The translations under genes were made by a program, and so were the position numbers. The notes beneath the pieces were generated by a model, which saw nothing but the letters and a program-made list of their open reading frames with translations, had not been told where the DNA came from and ran no database searches. Shown piece by piece: positions 8,468-17,682 of a DNA stretch of 64,000 bases (the first letter of the stretch is position 1; each line of letters opens with the position of its first letter). This DNA comes from a virus. The stretch is from IMG/VR virus record IMGVR_UViG_3300022916_000005, one strand, 5' to 3'.

Positions 8468-10372
8468 TCTTCTGCAATCTTATCTTTAATGTATACAATG
8501 TATAACACCACCATTAAGAAGGATAAGACATCAAGAATTATCAATGACAATAAAGACAACGCCTATGGCAAGGTTGTTATCGAGTCGGGTGGTGAAGATT
8601 ATGTAATTGAACGTTCTTGTGAAAGGGCAAAAGGAGAGGATTCAAAAACAACACTAGAGTTCTATAAGTTATTGGATGATGGTAGTCACTTTAGTTTAAA
8701 CGGAACATCAAGAGTAGAGACAGACAAAAATATCAAAAGAGTATTTGGTACGATTGATGACTTTTTATTGACAGCTTTGAGTGGACAGAAGAAGGCAGAA
8801 CAATTCCTTGAACAAGGTATGACAGAAAGGAAGAAGACGTTGGCAAAGTTTCTTGATCTTGAATCGTTTGATGTCAAACACAAGCTGGCAAAGAAGGATA
8901 GTGCAGAACTAAAAGGACAACTGAAAAGAAATGTTGATAGAGACTTTGAAGAAGAAAAGGAAACTTTAGAAGATGATATTGAAGACATCTTGGAGGAAAG
9001 GGCAGAACAAGAAGAGAAACTTTCAGAAGTAATTTCAAATCAAGATAGTGTTGTGCAAAAAATTGCAAATATTGCTGCAGAATTAAACCTTAAACCTATC
9101 AAGGATATTAATATTGAAGATGTAGTTTCTCAAATTGATAGATTATCTTACAAAATTAAAGATAATGTTGAAGAAATTGTCAAATTAGAAGAGGAACTTG
9201 GGAAGATGATCTCCAAGAACACCCAGGCACAAAAAATGCTTGATGGATTTAGTGATACGAATTATGAGGAACAATTAGAATATCACAATAAAAGACAGAG
9301 AGCGATTACAGATTTGAAGAAGACAATCGCGTTTGAAGAAAGAGTTCTCAAAGAACAAGAGAAGAAGACGAATATTCTTGATGAAGTACCTTGTGCGAGT
9401 AAATATGGGACTTGCCCATTCTTACAAGATGGATTTGAGGCCAAAAGTTGTCTCCCTAATAAGGAGGCAGAGATTGAGGCACTAATCAAAGAGAAAGAGA
9501 TCGAAGAGGATGCCAATGCCAAGTTTGATGTAGGACATGTTGAGAGAAAAATTGAACAACACAATAAACTTATCCAATATTGCCAAACAGCAAAAGATAA
9601 GATTACATCAATGACGTTTGAGAAGGAAAGAAAAGGAATCGATCTTAAGAGAAACAAGAACAATCTTCAAGAGCAGAAAGATAAAGAAGCAGAATACAAT
9701 AAGAGCAAGAAGGCGCAAGAAGATAAGGAAGAGAATAAGAAAAAGTTAGTAATATCAAAGAAATTGTTGAAAGAAATTAAAATATCAGTAACTTCAATAC
9801 AGGACACTATTAGTTCGTATAATAAGAAGATTGGGTATCTCGAACAATCAATTGAGCAAATTTGCAAAGAAGAAAAAGAAAGAAGTGTTTTAGAGAAAGA
9901 GTACAAGATTTATGAAATGTTCATTAAGGCTACTCATAGTAGCGGGATTGCGAGCAGCATTGTTGGAGAGAAGTTGCCATTCATTAATAGAATTATTGAA
10001 AGCATCTTGAAAGATCTTGTAGATTTTAAAGTTTATTTTGATAAGAAGTACAACATCTTTATCGAACACGAAGGTCAAAAGCCAAGAATGATTGAGATGG
10101 GTTCTGGAGCAGAGACATCGTTGGCATCATTTGCAATTCGTGTTGCATTAAGTGCAGCGAGTAATCTGCCTTTGGGCAATCTTTTGATCTTAGATGAGCC
10201 CGCGACCGATCTTGACGGAGAACATTTGGAGAGTTATATTGAAAATCTAAATGTATTAAAGAACTATTATGATGTCATTATTCTTATTTCTCATCTCGAC
10301 GTTGTAAAAGATGCTGTTGATGTAACTTTAGACATTGAACAAAAAGAGGGTTTTGTAACTATTTATTCTTGA
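8096..10372 (+). CDS. Split intein C-fragment fused to the rest of the SbcC/Rad50/gp46-like ATPase
   Basis: After VSHN come SSAILSLMY, a long coiled coil, signature GSGAE, Walker B LLILDEP and H-loop ISH. Confidence 0.9.
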   Translation: MNKKITMEKYYDFFNKYGDCNVKVSTPYGFRKIEAIAITAFDSQVMEVRTKEGLKLKTSPDHLIKLANGTFTKTKTLNPGDDIQTVNGLDKVSVIVTLPYRDDLYDLQVEEVKQYYSNGIVSHNSSAILSLMYTMYNTTIKKDKTSRIINDNKDNAYGKVVIESGGEDYVIERSCERAKGEDSKTTLEFYKLLDDGSHFSLNGTSRVETDKNIKRVFGTIDDFLLTALSGQKKAEQFLEQGMTERKKTLAKFLDLESFDVKHKLAKKDSAELKGQLKRNVDRDFEEEKETLEDDIEDILEERAEQEEKLSEVISNQDSVVQKIANIAAELNLKPIKDINIEDVVSQIDRLSYKIKDNVEEIVKLEEELGKMISKNTQAQKMLDGFSDTNYEEQLEYHNKRQRAITDLKKTIAFEERVLKEQEKKTNILDEVPCASKYGTCPFLQDGFEAKSCLPNKEAEIEALIKEKEIEEDANAKFDVGHVERKIEQHNKLIQYCQTAKDKITSMTFEKERKGIDLKRNKNNLQEQKDKEAEYNKSKKAQEDKEENKKKLVISKKLLKEIKISVTSIQDTISSYNKKIGYLEQSIEQICKEEKERSVLEKEYKIYEMFIKATHSSGIASSIVGEKLPFINRIIESILKDLVDFKVYFDKKYNIFIEHEGQKPRMIEMGSGAETSLASFAIRVALSAASNLPLGNLLILDEPATDLDGEHLESYIENLNVLKNYYDVIILISHLDVVKDAVDVTLDIEQKEGFVTIYS
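10358..10365 (+). promoter_or_regulatory. Putative late promoter ACTATTTA
   Basis: Recurring motif upstream of the holin-like gene. Confidence 0.55.
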
Positions 10373-10388
10373 ATAAGGAGAACAGATC

Positions 10389-10577
10389 ATGGAAGAAGAT
10401 AAGGCAGGAGCAGTTGATTCTTTTTTAAAGAAGATTATGTCTCGTAAATTGATGGTATGGTTAACGACTACGGGCTTATTGTTTGGATCGGTTATTACCG
10501 GAGAACAGTGGCTTACTGTTTCTATGATCTACATTGGCACGCAAGGGCTAATGGACATCGTTGCTAAAAGAAAGTAA
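10389..10577 (+). CDS. Putative holin
   Basis: 62 aa; SRKL followed by two hydrophobic segments and a basic C-terminus. Confidence 0.55.
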   Translation: MEEDKAGAVDSFLKKIMSRKLMVWLTTTGLLFGSVITGEQWLTVSMIYIGTQGLMDIVAKRK

Positions 10578-10598
10578 AACACAAAAGGAAATAAAAAC

Positions 10599-10823
10599 AT
10601 GGACAAAGAAACGATCAGAGAAGTTATTAAAGAAGAGTTTGATAGGCTAGATAGGAGTTTAAATCTCGATCCTCTTGAAGACCCAAAACAATCGTGGGAA
10701 GATTATAAAGGTCGTAGGAAGAATAAGGGTGGTGAGTTTTTCAAATTACTCACCCTTCTTGACAAACTTCAAAAAGAACAAGAGTCAGTCATTAAACAAC
10801 TTAAACTTATGAGAATGGAGTAA
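10599..10823 (+). CDS. Hypothetical protein, possible internal head protein
   Basis: N-terminal TIREVIKEE motif. Confidence 0.55.
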   Translation: MDKETIREVIKEEFDRLDRSLNLDPLEDPKQSWEDYKGRRKNKGGEFFKLLTLLDKLQKEQESVIKQLKLMRME

Positions 10824-10825
10824 GA

Positions 10826-11230
10826 ATGTTTATAGCAAAATTAAAATATTATTTTAATAAGTTTTGGTACATTGTAGCAACGATTTTGCTTGTTGTACTT
10901 TGGATCTTTGCTCATAAAAGAACAAATAAGCTTGCTGACATTGTTGATTTTAAAACCGAAGCAAATGAAAAGGTCTTAAGAGAACGTAGGAAGAATCTTG
11001 AGAAAGAAGAAAAAGAAAAAGTTGATAACAAGATCAAGTATGAAAATACAATGAGAAGACTTGAAAAGAATTATCAAGTTAATACGAAAGAGATTTCGAG
11101 AAAGAAGAAGAAAAGAATTAAAGAACTGGTCGCAGAATATAAAAATGATCCTAAAAAGTTCGCAGTGATGTTCGCAGAAGAAATGAATTACTTACCAGAG
11201 GAGGGAAGATATGAGAACCTCCTTGATTAA
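10826..11230 (+). CDS. Membrane-anchored coiled-coil protein, possible i-spanin
   Basis: N-terminal TM plus coiled coil, near the holin-like gene. Confidence 0.45.
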   Translation: MFIAKLKYYFNKFWYIVATILLVVLWIFAHKRTNKLADIVDFKTEANEKVLRERRKNLEKEEKEKVDNKIKYENTMRRLEKNYQVNTKEISRKKKKRIKELVAEYKNDPKKFAVMFAEEMNYLPEEGRYENLLD

Positions 11231-11639
11231 TTTATTAAAGATACTTTTTGTTATAGCGATATTTGTATCATACCCTTCAGCAGCATCTGCACAACAAGAT
11301 TGCGATCTCTGCCTGTCAGCAGAACAAGCATCAGAAATGATTGCAACAAAGGAAGAGACAATCTCAAGGATGAAAGAAACTTGTCTGTTAAAGTTAGGGT
11401 CACAAAAGGCAAAGAGTGACTTAAAATATGAAGATGCTCTATCAAAATTGACAAGGGTACGAGAAGACTATAAGGTAGAGATTGTTGAGGCAAAGAAAGA
11501 AAACAAACAGTTAATTGAGATGATTAAGCAATCTGAAGCAGGAGAAGATAAGATAATCTATGGAAGTTTAGGGTTTATAGGTGGAGTGACAGTAACTGCA
11601 TTTATAACATGGGTTGTGATTTCTGTAGCAGGTAAATAA
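11211..11639 (+). CDS. Secreted coiled-coil protein with C-terminal TM, possible spanin partner
   Basis: Signal peptide (ASA), Cys residues, coiled coil, C-terminal hydrophobic helix. Confidence 0.45.
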   Translation: MRTSLINLLKILFVIAIFVSYPSAASAQQDCDLCLSAEQASEMIATKEETISRMKETCLLKLGSQKAKSDLKYEDALSKLTRVREDYKVEIVEAKKENKQLIEMIKQSEAGEDKIIYGSLGFIGGVTVTAFITWVVISVAGK

Positions 11640-11643
11640 AAAT

Positions 11644-12615
11644 ATGGAAGTTTGTAAGATTTGTGACAAAGAGATAAATACGAATAGAGGGTTAGCGATT
11701 CATATAAAAAGAATTCATAACCTTTCAAGCGAGGAGTATTATAATAAATATGTACAAACAGATCCAAATGAAGGGAAGTGTTTAAGTTGTGGCAAAAAGA
11801 CAACTTTCGAAGGAAGAGAAGTCATTAAATATCGAGAGTTTTGTTCAACAAAATGTTCCCACAGTTTCGAGAGAACAAAAGAAAGAAAAAAGAAAGTATA
11901 TTTAGAAAGATATGGTGTAGAAAACATTTCTCAATTGGAATCAACCAAGAAGCAAAAAGAAGAAGCTTATCTAAGAAAGTATGGAGTTAAAACTCCCTTG
12001 TCAGATAAGGACAAAATGAAAAGGGCAATTCAAGATAAATATGGAGAAGAATATACGAACATTTCACAAGTTCCCAAGATAAGAGAAAAAATTAAAAATG
12101 TAGTATTGGAAAGGCACGGTGTAGAAAACGTATCCCAATTAGAGTCGGTCAAGAAAAGGAAAGAAGAAACGACATTAGAACATTATGGAGTACGTCATCA
12201 TATGCATATTCCAGAAATTCAACAAAAGGTTTCTACAAATTCTTCTACTGCTTATAAATTGTTAGAATATAAAACAAAGTTTGGAGATTTAATTCATTAT
12301 CAGTCAACATTTGAATTGAGCTATATCAAACAGTGCGAAGAAGATGGTATCAAAATTGTTGATGGTGATGATGTTTCTTACACATTTGGAAACGAAGAGA
12401 GAAGATATTATGTAGATTTTAAGATTTTTGATGAGAATGATAAGCCACAATTAATCGAAATTAAAGGTACTCATAAATGGTATTGGAAAGATTTGAAAAG
12501 TGGATTGTTGAGTGCTAAAAACAAAGCTGCACAAGAGTTTTCAAGTACAAATGGCTATTCCCCATTTAAGATGATCTTGAACGGAAATGTGGCAGATTTA
12601 GAGGAGATATTATAA
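11644..12615 (+). CDS. Putative homing endonuclease (C2H2 Zn finger, YGVEN repeats, TnsA-like PD-(D/E)XK domain)
   Basis: CKIC...H...H; repeated ERYGVENISQ; YQSTFE...YYVDF...LIEIKG. Confidence 0.8.
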   Translation: MEVCKICDKEINTNRGLAIHIKRIHNLSSEEYYNKYVQTDPNEGKCLSCGKKTTFEGREVIKYREFCSTKCSHSFERTKERKKKVYLERYGVENISQLESTKKQKEEAYLRKYGVKTPLSDKDKMKRAIQDKYGEEYTNISQVPKIREKIKNVVLERHGVENVSQLESVKKRKEETTLEHYGVRHHMHIPEIQQKVSTNSSTAYKLLEYKTKFGDLIHYQSTFELSYIKQCEEDGIKIVDGDDVSYTFGNEERRYYVDFKIFDENDKPQLIEIKGTHKWYWKDLKSGLLSAKNKAAQEFSSTNGYSPFKMILNGNVADLEEIL

Positions 12616-14781
12616 ATGACAAAGAAGCTTCGAGTCATGGATTTTGATGACACTTTGGTTCGCACTGGAGCAATGGTAATTGTAAATCATGCCAACGGTG
12701 TAACAGAAGAAATGACACCAGGAGAGTATGCAATATATGATCCTCAACATGGGGATCAATTTAACTATTCTCAGTTTGATGGCCCTTTAATTAACCCAAG
12801 ACAAATTGGGCAAGTCTTTAATGCTTTTAAGAAGGACTTGTTAATTACTACCCATAATAAGATTGTATTGATCTTAACTGCAAGAGGGGCACAAAAACCT
12901 CTTCGTGATTATTTGACAAGTATCGGTATTGATCCAAAGAAGAATAGAAACCTTCGTATTGCAACTTTGGGTTCGGGAGATCCTCAACATAAAGCTGGCG
13001 TAATTGCTGCACTGATTGAAAAGAAGGGATTTGATGATGTTGAATTCTTTGACGATTCTGTCAAGAACAGAGATGCAGTAGCAGCGTTGGCAGATATTCC
13101 AAGATACTCTCATGCCAGAATTGAAGTAAAACCATATACTTGGGAGAATGAAGATCTTAACGAGAAAAAGAAAAAAGAATATAATGACTTAGCATTACTT
13201 CACGATTCAGATTATAACACAGATGACAACATGTCAGACACAATCGAAGAAGTTATTCAACTTCTAACAACCAATCTTGGTAACAAAATCAAACCATTTT
13301 CAAAAAAAAAATTAATTAACGAGATTACTCAAAGAGGGTTTGAGAGTCGTCTAAGGGATGGTCTTGAGGATTTTTCTAATATTGATATGCGTGGTCTTGA
13401 TTTGGGTGGTCGAGACTTGAGTGATCTTGATTTTTCTGGGGCAAACTTGAGAGGCGTTAATTTGTCTGGAGCCAACTTAATGGGGACTTCTTTTCGCAAT
13501 GCAAACCTAACTGACGCCGATTTAGAAGATTCAGAATTTGATGAAGATACGAACGTCGATGGGACGATAATGTCAAGAGAACAAAGATTATATATTACCG
13601 GAGATGATGTCGGTCCTTCTGCCGAACAAGATAACGAAAGAGATTACGATGGAAACGCTGTAGATCTCGAAACAATGTCAAAAGAAAGACTACTTGGACT
13701 TCTTTATAGCAGTGAATTAAACGAGCCTGAAGAGTTCTATGCAATTCTTCGAAATCCAAATACAGATGCAGATATTATTAACAGTTTGTGGGAAGAATCC
13801 CCAGATGACGAAGCAATTGATATTGCTATCGCAATGCATCCTTCGGCAGATGAGAATATTTTATCTAGTATTCAAAACTATCACAATACCACTACGGTAA
13901 ATGATATAGTTAGACGATTACGTAGCGGAGAAATCTCAAGAAGTATTCCGCCAAGAGAATCCCAACAAGAAGAACCCGAATACATGCAAGGATTTCAAAT
14001 AGGAGATAGTGTACAATTTTACAATGAGTTTAATAGATTTATAAGAGGACGAATTACTGGTTTCGAAGATAACCTATTTATAGTATCGGATGGTCGAGAT
14101 ACACACTTTGCGGCACCCGACGAACTATCAAGAAGTCAAACATCATCCAGTGACGATCAAGAAATTCAAATTGGAGACGAAGTAGAATATCACCCAGAGA
14201 GTGATGAACAAACTCGTCGTGGACAAGTTACAGAAATAGAAGACAATTATGATGGGTCAATGGCCTACAGAATCAAAGGTTTGAACGATAATTCGGAAGG
14301 GTTTTGGTATAATGATGACATCGATATAAGAAAAGTATCATCCAATATTAACGATCAACCTACCCCAAAATATCAACGAGGAGATGTCATTTCTGCCTAC
14401 GCCTCTCAGGGCGGGATCAAACAAATAGTACAAGGTGAAATTCAAAACATCGATAATGACAGGATTGTTCTATTGCTGCCAAGTGGTAATCGTGTCAACA
14501 TTAAGGCGAGTGATGTACGAGATGTCTTAAAGAAGAAAAAAAAGAAATCAACAAAACAATCAAAACATCCAATCCAAACAAGATTTGACATGTTAGATAT
14601 GGACGATGATAAACTAACTACATCAAAACCAAAGGAATCAAGTAGGTTTGACATGTTGGACATGGAACCAACAGATGAAGACGAGAAGAGAAGACAACAA
14701 CTAAAGGCAATGGGTCTTGATGAACAAAGAATGAAAAGGTTGATCAAAGAGGAACTACTTAACATCAAAGGAAATAAATGA
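12616..14781 (+). CDS. Multidomain protein: HAD-like phosphatase, pentapeptide repeats, helical repeats, three SH3/KOW-like domains, twin RFDMLD motifs
   Basis: DFDDTL, ILTAR, FFDDS; ANLRGVNLSGANL; NPNT/HPSA repeats; QIGDxV repeats. Confidence 0.7.
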   Translation: MTKKLRVMDFDDTLVRTGAMVIVNHANGVTEEMTPGEYAIYDPQHGDQFNYSQFDGPLINPRQIGQVFNAFKKDLLITTHNKIVLILTARGAQKPLRDYLTSIGIDPKKNRNLRIATLGSGDPQHKAGVIAALIEKKGFDDVEFFDDSVKNRDAVAALADIPRYSHARIEVKPYTWENEDLNEKKKKEYNDLALLHDSDYNTDDNMSDTIEEVIQLLTTNLGNKIKPFSKKKLINEITQRGFESRLRDGLEDFSNIDMRGLDLGGRDLSDLDFSGANLRGVNLSGANLMGTSFRNANLTDADLEDSEFDEDTNVDGTIMSREQRLYITGDDVGPSAEQDNERDYDGNAVDLETMSKERLLGLLYSSELNEPEEFYAILRNPNTDADIINSLWEESPDDEAIDIAIAMHPSADENILSSIQNYHNTTTVNDIVRRLRSGEISRSIPPRESQQEEPEYMQGFQIGDSVQFYNEFNRFIRGRITGFEDNLFIVSDGRDTHFAAPDELSRSQTSSSDDQEIQIGDEVEYHPESDEQTRRGQVTEIEDNYDGSMAYRIKGLNDNSEGFWYNDDIDIRKVSSNINDQPTPKYQRGDVISAYASQGGIKQIVQGEIQNIDNDRIVLLLPSGNRVNIKASDVRDVLKKKKKKSTKQSKHPIQTRFDMLDMDDDKLTTSKPKESSRFDMLDMEPTDEDEKRRQQLKAMGLDEQRMKRLIKEELLNIKGNK

Positions 14782-15092
14782 AAGTTGACAAGAACGATTT
14801 CGAAAAGATAAACAAACTCGAAAAGGCCATCGAGAAAAAGTATGGTCACGATGCAGTAAAACATCCAAAAAGTGACTGGTCAGATGAAAAAGAAAAAATA
14901 TACTTAGCAGAAATGAAAAAACTGGTAGAAAAGGAAGATAAGAAAGTAATTACATCAAGTAGGAAAGACAACAGTCAAAGAGTTTGTACAATGTGTAATA
15001 CTTATTCTATGAATAAACTTGACGATTTGTATTTAAACAAATTTGATTGTTGCCAAGAATGCTACTTTTTACACGTAGAAGGGAGAAGGTAA
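14778..15092 (+). CDS. Hypothetical protein with C-terminal Zn-binding motif
   Basis: CTMC...CCQEC. Confidence 0.6.
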   Translation: MKVDKNDFEKINKLEKAIEKKYGHDAVKHPKSDWSDEKEKIYLAEMKKLVEKEDKKVITSSRKDNSQRVCTMCNTYSMNKLDDLYLNKFDCCQECYFLHVEGRR

Positions 15093-15095
15093 AAC

Positions 15096-15407
15096 ATGAA
15101 CGACAAGGTTAAGATTAAGAAGAAGAGACTGGAAGAACTTATCTTAGAAGAAGTTGAAAAGTATATTGAGAAGAAGAATGAAGTATATTTTATTAACAAA
15201 AAGTCCCTCAAAGAGAATGCATCAGCATACGAAATGACATCTGGGAATATTGCGTATGGTGCAGCAGAAGAGGCGGCATCTTTGTTTGTGCAAAAGTTAT
15301 TTGAGAATAACCCAATTCCAAACGAAGATAAGTATGCATATCGACAAGATATCTTTTCATGGCTATTCGATCAGGCACAAGAGATCATTGGCAGAAGTGA
15401 TCGATAA
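15096..15407 (+). CDS. Hypothetical protein, possible internal head protein
   Basis: KRLEELILEE motif. Confidence 0.55.
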   Translation: MNDKVKIKKKRLEELILEEVEKYIEKKNEVYFINKKSLKENASAYEMTSGNIAYGAAEEAASLFVQKLFENNPIPNEDKYAYRQDIFSWLFDQAQEIIGRSDR

Positions 15408-15426
15408 CAAGAAGGAATAAATCAAA

Positions 15427-15975
15427 ATGGCAACAATTGAAGAAGTAGTAAATGGTATCTCTCAAGTAATTGGGTTATACGGTCACGATGGAGCATTGGA
15501 TGACAAAGGTGATCCTATCGCTATTGGACTTAAACGAGAAGAAGAGATCGAGATTACAGACAGAAGAGTGATGGATGGATTTGGTGTGAAGGTGATGGCA
15601 AACAAGCTAACCATTTCATACCATTCAGAATGTATGTTAGAGGATGTTCATAATCCACGTTTTGAAAACGAAATTGAACAGATGATTGAGAAGGTAGCTT
15701 CTTTCTTAAAGAAGTATTACAAGATGATTACAAAGAACACTTTATCTCTGAAGAAAGATGGAGAGGTTGAAGCAATTGTTCAAAACACATCAAGAGTAAG
15801 GGCGTGGGTTCAAGCAACTGTTGTGTATACAATTCAAAACATTGATGCAGTAGACGAAGTTGTTCAAACATCGGATGAAAAGTTAGACAAAGCAATCAAA
15901 TCCTGGCTTGATCAGAGCACAGACAAAAAACCTCAAAACGTATCCATTTCCAAAGCCGACAATCAAGCAAAATAA
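15427..15975 (+). CDS. Hypothetical protein
   Basis: Well-formed ORF with RBS upstream of terminase. Confidence 0.6.
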   Translation: MATIEEVVNGISQVIGLYGHDGALDDKGDPIAIGLKREEEIEITDRRVMDGFGVKVMANKLTISYHSECMLEDVHNPRFENEIEQMIEKVASFLKKYYKMITKNTLSLKKDGEVEAIVQNTSRVRAWVQATVVYTIQNIDAVDEVVQTSDEKLDKAIKSWLDQSTDKKPQNVSISKADNQAK

Positions 15976-15991
15976 AAACATTACACAATCA

Positions 15992-15999
15992 ACTATTTA
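15992..15999 (+). promoter_or_regulatory. Putative late promoter ACTATTTA
   Basis: Intergenic, upstream of terminase. Confidence 0.65.
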
Positions 16000-16029
16000 T
16001 TACAAAACAATAGGATAGGTTTATAATAA

Positions 16030-17625
16030 ATGGCAAAGAAAAAAAACAGAGAGATGACAAAGAAGGAGATTCTTGAAGAACTCCAAAAGTGTGCGAATGA
16101 TCCTGTATACTTTATTAATCATTACTGTCAAACTACCCACCCAACAAGAGGATTGATTCCTCTTCATCTTTATGAATTTCAAGAAGAAACAATTCAAGCA
16201 TATCAAACGTACAGATTTAATATTATCTTAAAGGCAAGGCAGTTAGGGATTTCGACAATCACTGCAGCTTATGCTTTGTGGTTAATGTTATTCCATCGCG
16301 AAAAGAACATCTTGACAATTGCAACAAAACAGGGAACAGCAGCTAACGTTGTTAAGAAGACGAAGAGCATGTTTCATAATTTGCCAAAGTGGATGAAACA
16401 ATTGGTATCTATTGTAACAGATAACAGGGCAGCGTTGGAATTTAATAACGGGTCACAATTCAAGGCAGAAAGTACATCATCAAGTGCAGGACGTTCAGAA
16501 GCTTTGTCTTTACTGATCATTGATGAGGCTGCTCACGTAGAGGGTCTTGAAGAGTTGTGGACAGGGTTGAGACCTACTCTTACTCTTGGTGGGGCATGTA
16601 TTGCTCTATCAACCCCGAATGGCGCAGCAGGTTGGTTTTATGAGACATATGAAAAGGCAGTAAATGATGAGGATGAATCTGATTTTAATCCGATTGAGTT
16701 AATGTGGTGGGTTCATCCAGATCACGACGATGAATGGTTAAAGAAAGAATCGGCAGACATGAGCAAGAGACAACTTGCTCAAGAGCACTTGTGTAGTTTC
16801 AATGCATCTGGAGATACGGTGTTTGAAACAGATCACATCGAGAGAATAAGGAACGCAATTAAAGAACCAATAACAAGGGCAGGATTTGATAGGAACGTTT
16901 GGATTTGGAGAGATCCGCAAGTTAGTGTTCAATATCTGATGTCGGTAGACGTTGCAAGAGGTGATGGGCAAGATCATTCAACATTTCTTATATTTGATTT
17001 ATCGACGATGGAATGTGTTGCAGAGTATCGAGGAAAGCTCCCAACCGATACGTATGGAGAATTGATTTATACTTGGGGAACAATGTATAATCTTTGTACT
17101 GTAGTTGTAGAGAATAACACCTATGGTGACGGAGTATTGAGAAAACTTATTGAAATGGAATATTCTAATATTTATTATTCAATGAAGGGTAGTGGAGAAT
17201 ATGTTTCTCCATTAAGGGCGGCATCTGTTGAAAATGCTATTCCAGGATTTTCTACTTCATGGAAGTCTCGTCCACTTGTTATTAGCAAGATGGAAGAGTA
17301 TGTAAGAAACAAGATGTTGACATTATATTCGAAAAGGATTGTGTACGAAATGACAACTTTTGTTTGGAAGGATGGTAAACCTCAAGCACAAAGAAAGAGA
17401 AATGATGACCTCATAATGGCATGTGCAATTGCGTGTTGGGTCAAAGATGTTGTATTTGCCACATCATTACGAGATGTAGAGTATCAAAAAGCATTCCTTG
17501 GAGCAATCTCTAGACAAGGAATGGAACTGGATTCAACAATTCCAGGGATGAAAGGGCGTGGAACTATGACTAATTACGATCATCAAGAGCACGTTAGAGA
17601 ATATCGATGGCTATATAGTGGATAA
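16030..17625 (+). CDS. Terminase large subunit (T4 gp17-like)
   Basis: DPVYFINHY; Walker A KARQLGIST; Walker B LIIDEAAH; STPNG; nuclease VDVARGDGQD. Confidence 0.95.
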   Translation: MAKKKNREMTKKEILEELQKCANDPVYFINHYCQTTHPTRGLIPLHLYEFQEETIQAYQTYRFNIILKARQLGISTITAAYALWLMLFHREKNILTIATKQGTAANVVKKTKSMFHNLPKWMKQLVSIVTDNRAALEFNNGSQFKAESTSSSAGRSEALSLLIIDEAAHVEGLEELWTGLRPTLTLGGACIALSTPNGAAGWFYETYEKAVNDEDESDFNPIELMWWVHPDHDDEWLKKESADMSKRQLAQEHLCSFNASGDTVFETDHIERIRNAIKEPITRAGFDRNVWIWRDPQVSVQYLMSVDVARGDGQDHSTFLIFDLSTMECVAEYRGKLPTDTYGELIYTWGTMYNLCTVVVENNTYGDGVLRKLIEMEYSNIYYSMKGSGEYVSPLRAASVENAIPGFSTSWKSRPLVISKMEEYVRNKMLTLYSKRIVYEMTTFVWKDGKPQAQRKRNDDLIMACAIACWVKDVVFATSLRDVEYQKAFLGAISRQGMELDSTIPGMKGRGTMTNYDHQEHVREYRWLYSG

Positions 17626-17652
17626 GGAATATTCGAGAACAAAGAAAATAAA

Positions 17653-17660
17653 ACTAATTA
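17653..17660 (+). promoter_or_regulatory. Putative late promoter ACTAATTA
   Basis: Intergenic, upstream of portal. Confidence 0.65.
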
Positions 17661-17682
17661 GCTATAACAGCAAGGAGTCAGA

